Shown here: positions 1 through 8,829 of the stretch, in pieces | Numbering within the stretch: the first letter of the stretch is position 1 | Layout of the letters: every line of letters begins with the position of its first letter | DNA from: an uncultured Gammaproteobacteria bacterium | Lineage (GTDB): Bacteria > Patescibacteriota > Patescibacteriia > S139-126 | Length of the DNA stretch: 64,000 bases | Direction of reading: 5' to 3' | NCBI GenBank assembly: GCA_964493305.1 | Contig: CAZBLW010000001.1 | Location: 305,484-369,483 of the forward strand | Notes under the pieces: generated by a model | What the model saw: only the letters and a program-made list of their open reading frames with translations | Told to the model about the DNA's origin: nothing | Database searches by the model: none | Position numbers and translations under genes: made by a program

Positions 1-470
1 CTCCAGTAAAGGTTTTAAATTATGCCTGGTATCGAGACGATGAAGGAATCCCGGTTGGTACTGGACCTCTGCCACCAAAAGTCGGACAAAAAACTGTTTT
101 TCCTATTGATTTAACAATTCAGACTAAAACTGATTATGATTCAGTAAACCTGACAGCTTCACTGCCGGCTGATGTAGTTTGGGAAGGGAATCAAGTAGTT
201 GATCAGGGAAATCTAAATTTTGACAGTGTTACCCGTCAACTTAGCTGGCAAATAAATTCACTTACAACCAATGACGGTCAAGTAACAGCCAGATTTTTTG
301 TCAGCTTGACGCCTCAGAGTAGTGATATTGGTAAGGTTAAAATTTTATTGAATTCGCAGACAATTAAATTGTTACAATCAGGTGAAGAAAGTCAGTTAGT
401 TTATCCGTCACTGGATACCAATTTATCGGGCGCAATGTATGATATCAATCAAGGTAAGGTGACCGAGTAA
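1..470 (+). CDS. 3' fragment (last ~155 codons) of an ORF that continues upstream of the window. Thr/Ser/Asn/Gln-rich, beta-strand-like sequence typical of large secreted or surface repeat proteins.
   Basis: Open frame with no stops from position 3 to the TAA at 468-470 (…GQVTARFFVSLTPQSSDIGKV…GKVTE*), followed by a terminator hairpin. Confidence 0.4.
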   Translation, partial: PVKVLNYAWYRDDEGIPVGTGPLPPKVGQKTVFPIDLTIQTKTDYDSVNLTASLPADVVWEGNQVVDQGNLNFDSVTRQLSWQINSLTTNDGQVTARFFVSLTPQSSDIGKVKILLNSQTIKLLQSGEESQLVYPSLDTNLSGAMYDINQGKVTE

Positions 471-473
471 AAA

Positions 474-497
474 AACAACCGTTGTTAAACGGTTGTT
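474..497. terminator. Intrinsic terminator hairpin AACAACCG-loop-CGGTTGTT between convergent genes. An A-run lies upstream, giving a U-run for the minus-strand gene.
   Basis: Perfect 8-bp inverted repeat that overlaps the stop of the 485..1090 gene. Confidence 0.5.
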
Positions 498-1090
498 GAT
501 TGTCTCCACTGATGATTTAAAAGCGACCAAGTCGCCATAATTGTAGCGGGTAATATTAGTAGCATTTCTACTAGATATTGGTTGTTATGGGGATAGAGCA
601 ATAACGCTAAAAATATAAGGATAAATTTAATTTTGCCAATGACATTACTGGGGGTGAGTTTTTTTAAATAAAGAGCAGCGTGGAGGGTATTAATTAGAGC
701 GATGGTATCAATTATAATATAGCAAACAGTTAAGTAAGAAAAATAATTATCAAAATTTAGAAAGAGAATAAGAATTGGTATAGTAAAAACTTTATCAATC
801 GAACGATCCATTATTTTTCCTAGGTCTGTCACCATATTTTTTACTCGGGCTAAAAGCCCATCTAAATAGTCAGTTAGACCAGCGACAGCAATCAAAAAAT
901 TATAGAGTAAAATGTCCTGTAATTTTATATAGACATATAAAATTATACCCAGTAAAATGATACGAGAGCCACTCAACATATTTGGTGTTAACCAATTGGG
1001 AAATTTTTTCAAAGCAGGTCCAAAAATTTTTTGAGAAAATTTATCAAATAGCGTCAAGCCAGTTTGTAACACAGTGAATATTTTTTCCAT
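485..1090 (-). CDS. CDP-alcohol phosphatidyltransferase family protein (PgsA-like phospholipid synthase).
   Basis: Motif DYLDGLLAR…G…DRSIDK matches the family signature DG(x)2AR…G(x)3D(x)3D. Multi-pass hydrophobic protein with an AAGGA ribosome-binding site (RBS). Confidence 0.7.
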   Translation of the reverse strand: MEKIFTVLQTGLTLFDKFSQKIFGPALKKFPNWLTPNMLSGSRIILLGIILYVYIKLQDILLYNFLIAVAGLTDYLDGLLARVKNMVTDLGKIMDRSIDKVFTIPILILFLNFDNYFSYLTVCYIIIDTIALINTLHAALYLKKLTPSNVIGKIKFILIFLALLLYPHNNQYLVEMLLILPATIMATWSLLNHQWRQSTTV

Positions 1091-1116
1091 TTTTTATTTC
1101 CTTTTTAATTTACAAG

Positions 1117-2244
1117 ATGTTTAAACTTTATAGAAAATCTAGAAAAAGTCAAGCTAGACTAGGAGTGTTAACGACTAGGCGAGGCCAGATACGAACACCT
1201 TTTTTTATGCCAGTGGCAACTCAGGGAGTAATAAAAACTCTTACCAGCGCTGATATGGAAAAGTTGGGGGCACAAATTTTGCTGGCCAACACTTATCATT
1301 TATTTTTGCGGCCCGGTTTAGGGACTTTGCGTTTGGTTAAGGGTTTGCATAAATTTATGTCTTGGGATAAGCCGATTTTGACCGATTCCGGTGGTTATCA
1401 AATTTTTTCTTTGGCTGGCAATAAACAACAAAAAAATAAATTAGTCAAAATAGAAAAAAATAAAGTTATTTTTAAATCTCATCATGATGGCAGTCAACAA
1501 GTTCTAACACCAATTAAAGCTTTGCAAATTCAACAAACTATTGGTAGTGATATCCAGATGGTGTTGGATGTTTGCACTGCCAACCCAGCTACTTATGAAC
1601 AAGCCAAAAAAGATGTTGATCTAACTTTAGCGTGGGCAAAGCAAGCAAAAAAGTGGGTTGATAAAAATTATTCAAACCAGAACAGCCCTCTAGTGTTTGG
1701 TATTGTTCAGGGTAGTGTATTTTCTGATCTGAGGCAGAGTTGTGCCCAGGAGTTAGTTAAAATGAATTTTGCCGGTTATGCGGTGGGTGGTTTAGCCGTC
1801 GGTGAAACTGCGGATACCATGTATAAAGTATTAGAAAAAGTTTCATTATTTTTACCAACCAATAAACCCAGGTATCTAATGGGAGTGGGTAGACCAGAAA
1901 ATATACTAGCTGCTGTTCAGCGGGGTATGGATATGTTTGATTGTGTGATACCAACTAGGGAAGCAAGACACGGTCGTTTGTATATCTGGCGCCATCATAA
2001 TTTATTGAAAAACAATTTTTATATCAATCTGAATATGAACAGTTCTCAATATCGAAATGATTTAACCCCCCTCAATCCTCATTCAAAATACCCAGAGTTG
2101 CGAGAAAGTTCTCGAGCTTATTTATGTCATCTATTCAAAGCCAATGAGCCAACTGCTCAGCGTTTGGCCACGCTTAATAATCTAGAATTTTACCTGGATT
2201 TTTTACAAGAATTAAGGCGCCATATTTATTTGGGTAAAATTTGA
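1117..2244 (+). CDS. tgt: Queuine tRNA-ribosyltransferase.
   Basis: LGVLTTRRGQIRTPFFMPVATQG, ILTDSGGYQIF and YLMGVGRPENI are hallmark Tgt blocks. The C-terminal SRAYLCHL region aligns to E. coli SRAYLHHL. Confidence 0.85.
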   Translation: MFKLYRKSRKSQARLGVLTTRRGQIRTPFFMPVATQGVIKTLTSADMEKLGAQILLANTYHLFLRPGLGTLRLVKGLHKFMSWDKPILTDSGGYQIFSLAGNKQQKNKLVKIEKNKVIFKSHHDGSQQVLTPIKALQIQQTIGSDIQMVLDVCTANPATYEQAKKDVDLTLAWAKQAKKWVDKNYSNQNSPLVFGIVQGSVFSDLRQSCAQELVKMNFAGYAVGGLAVGETADTMYKVLEKVSLFLPTNKPRYLMGVGRPENILAAVQRGMDMFDCVIPTREARHGRLYIWRHHNLLKNNFYINLNMNSSQYRNDLTPLNPHSKYPELRESSRAYLCHLFKANEPTAQRLATLNNLEFYLDFLQELRRHIYLGKI

Positions 2245-2274
2245 TTTCTTAAACTAGCCATAAAATGTTATAAT

Positions 2275-2300
2275 AAAGCTGTATGTTACAGCTTTTTTTT
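2275..2300 (+). terminator. Rho-independent terminator after tgt.
   Basis: AAAGCTGT-atgtt-ACAGCTTT followed by T8. Confidence 0.7.
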
Positions 2301-2651
2301 AATACTCTTAAATTATTTACTTGGGATTTAGCGGCTAATTTAGGTTATTGGCCGATTTGGTGGTACGGTCGGGGTTTAGCTAATTTTTTTAATTCTTACA
2401 CCAATCAATTAAAGAATGCTTGGCGCAATAGAGCCTTGGATATTTTATTAAAAAATTGGTTTAAACCAATGTATGCTCAGACCGATTGGCAGGGGAGAAT
2501 TTTATCATTTTTTTTCCGCACCCTAATTATTATTTGGCGGTTATTATTTTTTTTCCTATGGGCTTTGTTAATTACTCTAGGTTTGGTGTTGTGGGTCAGT
2601 GTTTTACCCCTTGCCTTATATATGCTTATTAGATTATTGCTTTTTTCATGA
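2283..2651 (+). CDS. Hypothetical small membrane protein with a hydrophobic C-terminus.
   Basis: 122-codon ORF in an AT-rich genome with a 4-nt ATGA overlap with the downstream Clp gene. Its ATG sits in the loop of the tgt terminator, so the start is doubtful. Confidence 0.35.
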   Translation: MLQLFFNTLKLFTWDLAANLGYWPIWWYGRGLANFFNSYTNQLKNAWRNRALDILLKNWFKPMYAQTDWQGRILSFFFRTLIIIWRLLFFFLWALLITLGLVLWVSVLPLALYMLIRLLLFS

Positions 2652-5305
2652 GTTTAAATTTTCCTGATTTAAATAATTTTAAAGTAGCTTTGACTCCAGC
2701 TGGTGCTCGTTACCAATTTGGCCGGTTATTGTTTGATTGGCCAAAAAGGATTGATGCGGCCGGGGTGTGGCAAAGTAAAATTAATAGTTATTTTAACAAC
2801 GGCGTTAATATTTTTTTGGTTTTAGTTTTTATTCAGGGTTTAACTCGTTTTTTAATTTTGTTTTGGCAAAATAATTGGCAGTGGTCAGTTGATTTTTTAT
2901 ATCTGCCAGAATTATTTGTTTGGTGGGTGGCTTGGTTGGCTCTGAGCTATTTAATTTTTCGTTTAAAATCAAGACAGGTTAAACAATCAGTATTGACACC
3001 AAAGCAAATTGAGCAAAAATTTTTACATAAAGACAAGCCGGAATTACTGGATATTTCCGCTGGCTTTAGGATGGACGCCATCTTATTGATTGAAAGATCG
3101 TGGCAGATTGCCAAAAATTTCAATCAACTGCAGGTAAATAATTGGAGTTTATTGTTTTCTATTTTAGAAAGTAAAAAATTGGTCGGGGTTTTAGCCAGAT
3201 TGGGCGTAGGTCGTGATGATGTTTTACTGAGGTTAAAAAATGTAATGAAAATAAATGAGACCAATAAAAATCTTCCCCAAGTTAGTCAGGAAGTTTTTAC
3301 GGTTTTATTTAAAAGTTATTTTTTAACGGCCAAACGTCGCCAGGCTTGGGTGGGAGTTGCTCAAATTTTGGAAGCTTTAGTGATGAGTGATGATAAAATT
3401 CAAGACTTATTTAATGATTTATCAATTAGCGCTGAGCAATTACACCAAGTGATTGATTGGATAACAGTCAATGATCAGTTGTGGGAAAGTTATCAACGCC
3501 AACGTAGGTTATCGCGTTATAAGCCAAAGAATTCTATGAACAAGTCAATGACTGCTGTCGCTACACCGTATTTAGATAAATTTGGTTATGATTTAACTTT
3601 AGCCGCCAAGTACGGTAATTTAGAAATTTGTGTGGGCAGAGAAAAAGAAATTGAAGAAGTTTTTCGAGTGGTTGAAGCTGGAAATGATTCGGTGGTGTTA
3701 GTTGGTTTTCCTGGTGTTGGTAAGACCACCATAATTCAAGGTATTGCTCAGTTGATGGTGACTGAGGATGTACCAGATAGTTTACGGGATAAGCGGATGG
3801 TGTCATTATCACTGCCTAGATTGGTGGCGGGGGCTGGTTCGCCAGGTATGTTGGAAGAAAGAATTTTAAGAATACATCATGAAATGATTAGAGCTGGCAA
3901 TGTAATCTTGGTAATAGAAAATATTCATGATATTTATGGTATCAATACACAGAGTGGGGAGGGTTTGGATTTATCAGAAGTAATGGCTGATTTGATTGCT
4001 GATAATCGATTTTTGGTTTTGACTACTTCCAATCCGAATGATTATCGCACAAGTATTGCCGGTAAAGCATTGGGTAATAAATTACAGAAAATTGAAGTCA
4101 ATGAAACTAATCCCGAACAAACGATGGCCGTATTGATTGCCAAGGTAAATTTTTATGAATATAAATACAAAGTATTTTTTTCCTTAGGGGCCTTGCAAAA
4201 AGCCATTGAGTTATCCAATCGTTTTATGCACGAGTATTATTTGCCTGAAAAAGCGATTAAGATTTTGGAAGAAGTAGCTGTTTATGTTTTAAAACAAAAA
4301 GGAGAAAAAAGTTTGATAGCTAGTGAAGATGTGGCCAAGTTGGTTTCACAAAAAATAAATATTCCGTTGACAAAAATTACTCAAGACGAATCAACTAAAT
4401 TGTTAAATTTGGAAGAAGAAATCCATCAGTATATAATCAATCAAGCCGAAGCGGTCAGAGCCGTGGCTTCTGCTTTACGTAGAGCGCGGACTGAGTTACG
4501 CGATGAGAAAAGACCAATTGTTAATTTATTGTTTTTAGGTCCGACCGGAGTAGGTAAAACGGAATTGGCAAAAACGGTAGCTTTGACCTATTTTGGTAGT
4601 ACCAACGATATGGTGAGGTTGGATATGTCTGAATATCAAAATAAAGATTCCGTAGGGCGGTTAATCGGTACGGAGCAAAACACTACCGGCGGATTATTGA
4701 CTGAAAGTATTAAACAAAATCCCTTTGCTGTTTTATTACTCGATGAAATTGAAAAAGCTCACAGTGATATTTTAAATATATTTTTACAAGTAATGGATGA
4801 TGGTCGATTGACTGATTGGTCAGGTCAGGTGATTGATTTCACTAATGTAATTATTATTGCTACTTCCAATGCCGGTTCACAGTTTATTCAAGATCAATTA
4901 CGAGCCGGAACTCAGGTAGCAGTGATTAAAGAAATGTTGTTGGTAGAAAAATTAAAAGAAGTTTTTCGGCCAGAATTTTTGAATCGGTTTGACAATATTG
5001 TTGTTTTTACCCCGTTGACAGAAGATCATATATTAGAAATTGCAAAACTAATGATAAAAAAATCACAAAATCGTTTGTTACAAAAGGGGATTCATTTGGA
5101 AGTTACTCCCACCGCTTTAGCAGAATTAGCCCAGAGCGGATTCGATCCTTTATTTGGTGCCAGACCAATGCGTCGGGTGATTCAAGAACAAATTGATGAT
5201 GCTTTAGCAAAGTATCTTTTATCAGGAAAAATTAGTCGACGGGATATTGTGGTATTTGATAGTGGCGGCAAAGTAAGTATTAAAAAAGCTCAACAGTATA
5301 TATAA
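2648..5305 (+). CDS. Clp/Hsp100-family double-AAA+ ATPase (ClpA/ClpC-like, no long M-domain) with an N-terminal extension containing two predicted transmembrane (TM) segments, followed by a Clp_N-like region.
   Basis: D1 Walker A is GFPGVGKTT. D1 Walker B reads ILVIENIHD (degenerate compared with the IDELH form). D2 has LFLGPTGVGKTELAK, LLLDEIEKAH, sensor ATSN and the RFD motif. The N-terminal stretches VNIFLVLVFIQGLTRFLILFW and LFVWWVAWLALSYLIF are hydrophobic. Confidence 0.8.
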   Translation: MSLNFPDLNNFKVALTPAGARYQFGRLLFDWPKRIDAAGVWQSKINSYFNNGVNIFLVLVFIQGLTRFLILFWQNNWQWSVDFLYLPELFVWWVAWLALSYLIFRLKSRQVKQSVLTPKQIEQKFLHKDKPELLDISAGFRMDAILLIERSWQIAKNFNQLQVNNWSLLFSILESKKLVGVLARLGVGRDDVLLRLKNVMKINETNKNLPQVSQEVFTVLFKSYFLTAKRRQAWVGVAQILEALVMSDDKIQDLFNDLSISAEQLHQVIDWITVNDQLWESYQRQRRLSRYKPKNSMNKSMTAVATPYLDKFGYDLTLAAKYGNLEICVGREKEIEEVFRVVEAGNDSVVLVGFPGVGKTTIIQGIAQLMVTEDVPDSLRDKRMVSLSLPRLVAGAGSPGMLEERILRIHHEMIRAGNVILVIENIHDIYGINTQSGEGLDLSEVMADLIADNRFLVLTTSNPNDYRTSIAGKALGNKLQKIEVNETNPEQTMAVLIAKVNFYEYKYKVFFSLGALQKAIELSNRFMHEYYLPEKAIKILEEVAVYVLKQKGEKSLIASEDVAKLVSQKINIPLTKITQDESTKLLNLEEEIHQYIINQAEAVRAVASALRRARTELRDEKRPIVNLLFLGPTGVGKTELAKTVALTYFGSTNDMVRLDMSEYQNKDSVGRLIGTEQNTTGGLLTESIKQNPFAVLLLDEIEKAHSDILNIFLQVMDDGRLTDWSGQVIDFTNVIIIATSNAGSQFIQDQLRAGTQVAVIKEMLLVEKLKEVFRPEFLNRFDNIVVFTPLTEDHILEIAKLMIKKSQNRLLQKGIHLEVTPTALAELAQSGFDPLFGARPMRRVIQEQIDDALAKYLLSGKISRRDIVVFDSGGKVSIKKAQQYI

Positions 5306-5345
5306 ATAATTTTTATTTTTGGATTTTGATTTTTAAACTATTTTT

Positions 5346-5525
5346 ATGTGTTTTCAGTTACCAAAAAAAGTTATTGGGATTCGTGGCCATAAAGCCAAAC
5401 TAGCAGATGGCAGTTGGGTTGATTTGAGTTTAATGACCGAAGAGTGTGTAGTCGGTGATCATTTATTTGTAGCTGATAAATTTGCTGTTTCCAAAATAAG
5501 CAACCAAACAATAATTAATCAATAA
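5346..5525 (+). CDS. hypC: Hydrogenase maturation factor HypC (HupF/HypC family), 59 aa; too short for the ORF track to list it.
   Basis: Hand translation gives MCFQLPKKVIGIRGHKAKLADGSWVDLSLMTEECVVGDHLFVADKFAVSKI… The N-terminal MC(x)2(L)P and the GDhhhVh.hFA core match HypC. Confidence 0.7.
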   Translation: MCFQLPKKVIGIRGHKAKLADGSWVDLSLMTEECVVGDHLFVADKFAVSKISNQTIINQ

Positions 5526-5540
5526 AATTAATAAAAAAAT

Positions 5541-6437
5541 ATGCAGTTCAATACACGAGGTTGGATATTAGTAACTTTGACAGCTTTGATTAGCGGGTTG
5601 TCAATCTTTTTAAATAAATTTGGTGTTAGTACAATCGATGCAACTTTATTTACTGGTTTAAAAAATATTACTGTTGGAATTTTGTTTGCTGGTTTGATAT
5701 TTTATTCACCCCAACAAATTAATTGGCGAAATATTACCAAATCCCAGTGGGTAAAATTATTTTTTTTAGGTTTAATCGGTGGTAGCATACCCTTTGTATT
5801 ATTTTTTCACGGATTAAAATTGACATCTAGTTTACACGCAGGTTTTATTCATAAAACGCTATTTATTTATGTAGCTTTATTGGCTGTAATATTTTTAAAA
5901 GAGAAATTAACAAAATATTATGGATTTACCTTGCTGGCCATGTTGTTAGGTTTATTGGTTTTTTCTCAAGTTAAACCATTTATTTTAAATTATGGAGATT
6001 GGTTGGTTTTATTGGCCACGCTACTGTGGTCAATAGAAATTATTATTGCCAAAAAATTATTACATGATTTACCGGCCAATGTTGTAGCTTTGGCCAGAAT
6101 GTTTCTGGGTGGTATTTTGATTTGGTTTTATTTAATTGGACAAGGTGGTTATGAACAAATATTTAGTTTGAATTTTGTAGAATGGCGCTGGGTAGTTATT
6201 ACCTCGTTGTTATTGTTTGGTTATGTATACACTTTTTATCACGGTTTAAAATATATACCAGCTTCAGTCGCAACGGTTATCCTGACCATAGCGGCACCAA
6301 TTACCGCACTACTTAATTTTGGTTTTTTTAGTTCGATTATTAGTTCAGGTCAATGGTGGGGATTAGTAATAATTTTTATCAGTTTTTATTTGCTTAGCCG
6401 TCGTTATTTGACCAAGCAAATTTATGAACTCAAATAA
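5541..6437 (+). CDS. EamA/DMT-superfamily permease (10 TM, two EamA repeats).
   Basis: Two ~140-aa hydrophobic repeats of 5 helices each. Tightly packed between hypC and downstream genes. Confidence 0.75.
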   Translation: MQFNTRGWILVTLTALISGLSIFLNKFGVSTIDATLFTGLKNITVGILFAGLIFYSPQQINWRNITKSQWVKLFFLGLIGGSIPFVLFFHGLKLTSSLHAGFIHKTLFIYVALLAVIFLKEKLTKYYGFTLLAMLLGLLVFSQVKPFILNYGDWLVLLATLLWSIEIIIAKKLLHDLPANVVALARMFLGGILIWFYLIGQGGYEQIFSLNFVEWRWVVITSLLLFGYVYTFYHGLKYIPASVATVILTIAAPITALLNFGFFSSIISSGQWWGLVIIFISFYLLSRRYLTKQIYELK

Positions 6438-7182
6438 AATCGAAGTTTTACAAAAGATAAGACGACTTACTTTTCCCACCTATGATCAAATCACGCTTGA
6501 TCGGAAAGGTTTACAGGTTATCAATTATTTATTTTTAAATCCTGATTGCCAAGCGGATATTAAATTGGCAAGTCTAACAGGACCAATTATAAAATTGGCA
6601 TCACTGGGGCAACATATTATTACTGCTGCGCCTTCAACTTTAGCTAAATATGCTCAGAAACATAATATTAACCACTTACAGACGGGGGATATTTTACATT
6701 GTTTTGCTTTGGAACACGCACATGATCTTTCTGCAAATAAAATTGATATTAAATATAAACCGCATTATGCTTTAGCTCATTTACTTAATTTTTCCCAAGT
6801 AAAAAAGATAGACAGGTTGGCAAAACAAAGACTCGCCACCTTAGAAAGTAGATTGCCCTGGGGGAAAATTATTTTCAAGAAAGTATTTATTCCCAATGAT
6901 TTAAAAATCAGTGTTCAGGATTATGTTTACCATCATTTTGGGGTAGTAGTTGCCCGGGACGATAAATCTGAGTTAGCGCAGAAAATTTATCAAGAGCAAA
7001 TTAATCATTTACAAATTGCTACTTGGTTAAAAGAGACAATTAAAAAAAGTATTGTGATTGATTTTTCCAATGTAAATATTTTCCAACAAAATGTAGTTGA
7101 TAATATAATTCATCCACAAAAAGTTAAGCTGATCAGTAATCCCCAAGATATAGCTCAAGGTAAAATTAAATTTAAGAAATGA
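6424..7182 (+). CDS. Hypothetical protein (252 aa) with His/Cys-rich patches (HCFALEHAH, YHHF).
   Basis: Start overlaps the EamA gene by 14 nt and the stop overlaps the hycI-like gene by 4 nt, so it is translationally coupled into the hydrogenase accessory operon. Confidence 0.55.
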   Translation: MNSNKIEVLQKIRRLTFPTYDQITLDRKGLQVINYLFLNPDCQADIKLASLTGPIIKLASLGQHIITAAPSTLAKYAQKHNINHLQTGDILHCFALEHAHDLSANKIDIKYKPHYALAHLLNFSQVKKIDRLAKQRLATLESRLPWGKIIFKKVFIPNDLKISVQDYVYHHFGVVVARDDKSELAQKIYQEQINHLQIATWLKETIKKSIVIDFSNVNIFQQNVVDNIIHPQKVKLISNPQDIAQGKIKFKK

Positions 7183-7553
7183 AAATTTCAGTTTTTGGCA
7201 ACCCCAATTTACCCCAAGATTCATTGGCTTTTCGTTTGGTGCCTCATTTACAGCAATTAATCCCTGGTGCTGAATTTATTCATCAAGATCCTCAAGAGCA
7301 GATTATGCCATCTGACGAGCCAGTGTGGTGGATTATTGATGTTGTAAAAGGTATTGCACAAGTTAAGGTTATAGAAAATTTGGATGAGTTAAAAGATAAA
7401 CGGCGAGTTAGCATGCATGATTATGATTTATCTACTGAACTAAAATTAATCAAAAAAATATATCCTCAGCTGGTATTGAGGATAATTGGCGTTCCAGAAA
7501 AAGGGGATATTAAGTTATTAGCCAAGCAAGTAGCTACTATTCTAACCAGTTGA
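7179..7553 (+). CDS. Hydrogenase maturation endopeptidase (HycI/HybD/HoxW family).
   Basis: MKISVFGNPNLPQDSLAFRL aligns to the HycI N-terminus (LLCVGNSMMGDDGAG). WWIIDVVKG corresponds to the conserved Asp block, and SMHDYDL to the His block (THNMPL). The 3' end converges on and overlaps the large-subunit gene. Confidence 0.6.
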   Translation: MKISVFGNPNLPQDSLAFRLVPHLQQLIPGAEFIHQDPQEQIMPSDEPVWWIIDVVKGIAQVKVIENLDELKDKRRVSMHDYDLSTELKLIKKIYPQLVLRIIGVPEKGDIKLLAKQVATILTS

Positions 7554-8829
7554 CCTCCAAAAAATGCGAGGCACAACTCATACAAGGATCATAAGCCCTA
7601 ATGATTTTTTCGCACGCTAGAGCTAATTCTTTTTTTGGTTGCTTGAGGTTTTTTTGTATATATTCGGCTATATCCAACTCAATTGTTATTTGATTTTGTC
7701 CAGTAGGAACAATAACCTCACCTGTGGTTACTATACCTTTGTCGTCGATAGTAAGTTTGTGATATAAGGTTCCTCTGGGAGCTTCTACGACTCCCACTCC
7801 AGTAGCTGCTCGTAGTTCTAGTTTATCTGGTTTGGCTGGTTGAAAATTATTGGTTTTTAAAATACTGATCGTATCGTCGATTGAATGTAAGATTTCAATA
7901 GCTTGCGCTAGATTATTATGATAGGCATTATCTGAGGGAAAAACTTTTAAAGCTTGGGCGCAATCTTTTTTGGTACGATCATTTAGCGCTTGTCGGTTGA
8001 GATTGATTCTAGCTAGAGCCCCGACTCGATAAGGTTGTCCAGCAAAAGTATAGGCTGAGGCTTGAGAATAGGGTAGTACCACATGCTCTAAATGATTACG
8101 GAATTCTGCTTCCTCAGCGATTACGCCATTCATATCACAGAGTTTTCCTTCTAAGTAAGAATAGTCATCATTTTTTAAGGCGGCATAATTAGTCGGTCTA
8201 ATTAATTGGTCAGGTGCATTTAAAAACAATTCAATTAGTCTCAACACGGCTGGTCTCACTTTTTCCATTTCCTCTATTAGGGCGGTTTTACCGTTGTTAT
8301 CAGGGATTTTTAAAAATCCACCCGGAACTGGAAAAGGTGCGTGGACACTACGCCCGGCGGTGTATTTGGCCAAATTATTTCCCGCACTTTTTACGGCAAA
8401 AGTGTCATGAAGAAGTTGATGTTGTAATTTGTCGTGTTCATCAAATTCCAGTAGGGAATCTTTTTGAAATAAGTCTGGTAAAACAAATACATAGAGATGT
8501 AAAGCGTGATCTCTAATGATCAATCCATGATAAGTCAGAGTGCGAAGTATTTTAGTTTGTGCGGAGGGCACATAGTTTAAGGTTTTTTCTACCGCTTCGA
8601 TACTGGCGATTAAATGGGCGATGCTACAAGTACCACAAATTCTGGATAATAACTGAGGAACAGCCGCGATAGGTTTTCCTTGAATTGCCTGAGTATAAAA
8701 TCTTTTATAATCTTGAACTTTAAATTTTACATATTCAACTTTACCATTAGTTACTTTGACATCCAATCCAGCGGAACCCTCCACTTTGGTGATTTCATTG
8801 ATATTAAGATCAAAGTCAATAAGGTGCAT
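7537..8829 (-). CDS. [NiFe]-hydrogenase large (catalytic) subunit.
   Basis: N-terminal L1 motif RICGTCSIAH (RxCGxCxxxH) and C-terminal L2 motif DPCMSCASH (DPCxxCxxH), with 8 residues after the His. 430 aa. Confidence 0.85.
   Translation of the reverse strand: MHLIDFDLNINEITKVEGSAGLDVKVTNGKVEYVKFKVQDYKRFYTQAIQGKPIAAVPQLLSRICGTCSIAHLIASIEAVEKTLNYVPSAQTKILRTLTYHGLIIRDHALHLYVFVLPDLFQKDSLLEFDEHDKLQHQLLHDTFAVKSAGNNLAKYTAGRSVHAPFPVPGGFLKIPDNNGKTALIEEMEKVRPAVLRLIELFLNAPDQLIRPTNYAALKNDDYSYLEGKLCDMNGVIAEEAEFRNHLEHVVLPYSQASAYTFAGQPYRVGALARINLNRQALNDRTKKDCAQALKVFPSDNAYHNNLAQAIEILHSIDDTISILKTNNFQPAKPDKLELRAATGVGVVEAPRGTLYHKLTIDDKGIVTTGEVIVPTGQNQITIELDIAEYIQKNLKQPKKELALACEKIIRAYDPCMSCASHFLEVNWLE

Noticed and set aside
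8214-8516. Antisense ORFs inside the hydrogenase genes (8214..8516, 8680..8868, 8756..8959, 9014..9205).
   Set aside because: They overlap well-supported conserved hydrogenase coding sequence on the opposite strand, have no RBS, and their low-complexity products are artefacts.
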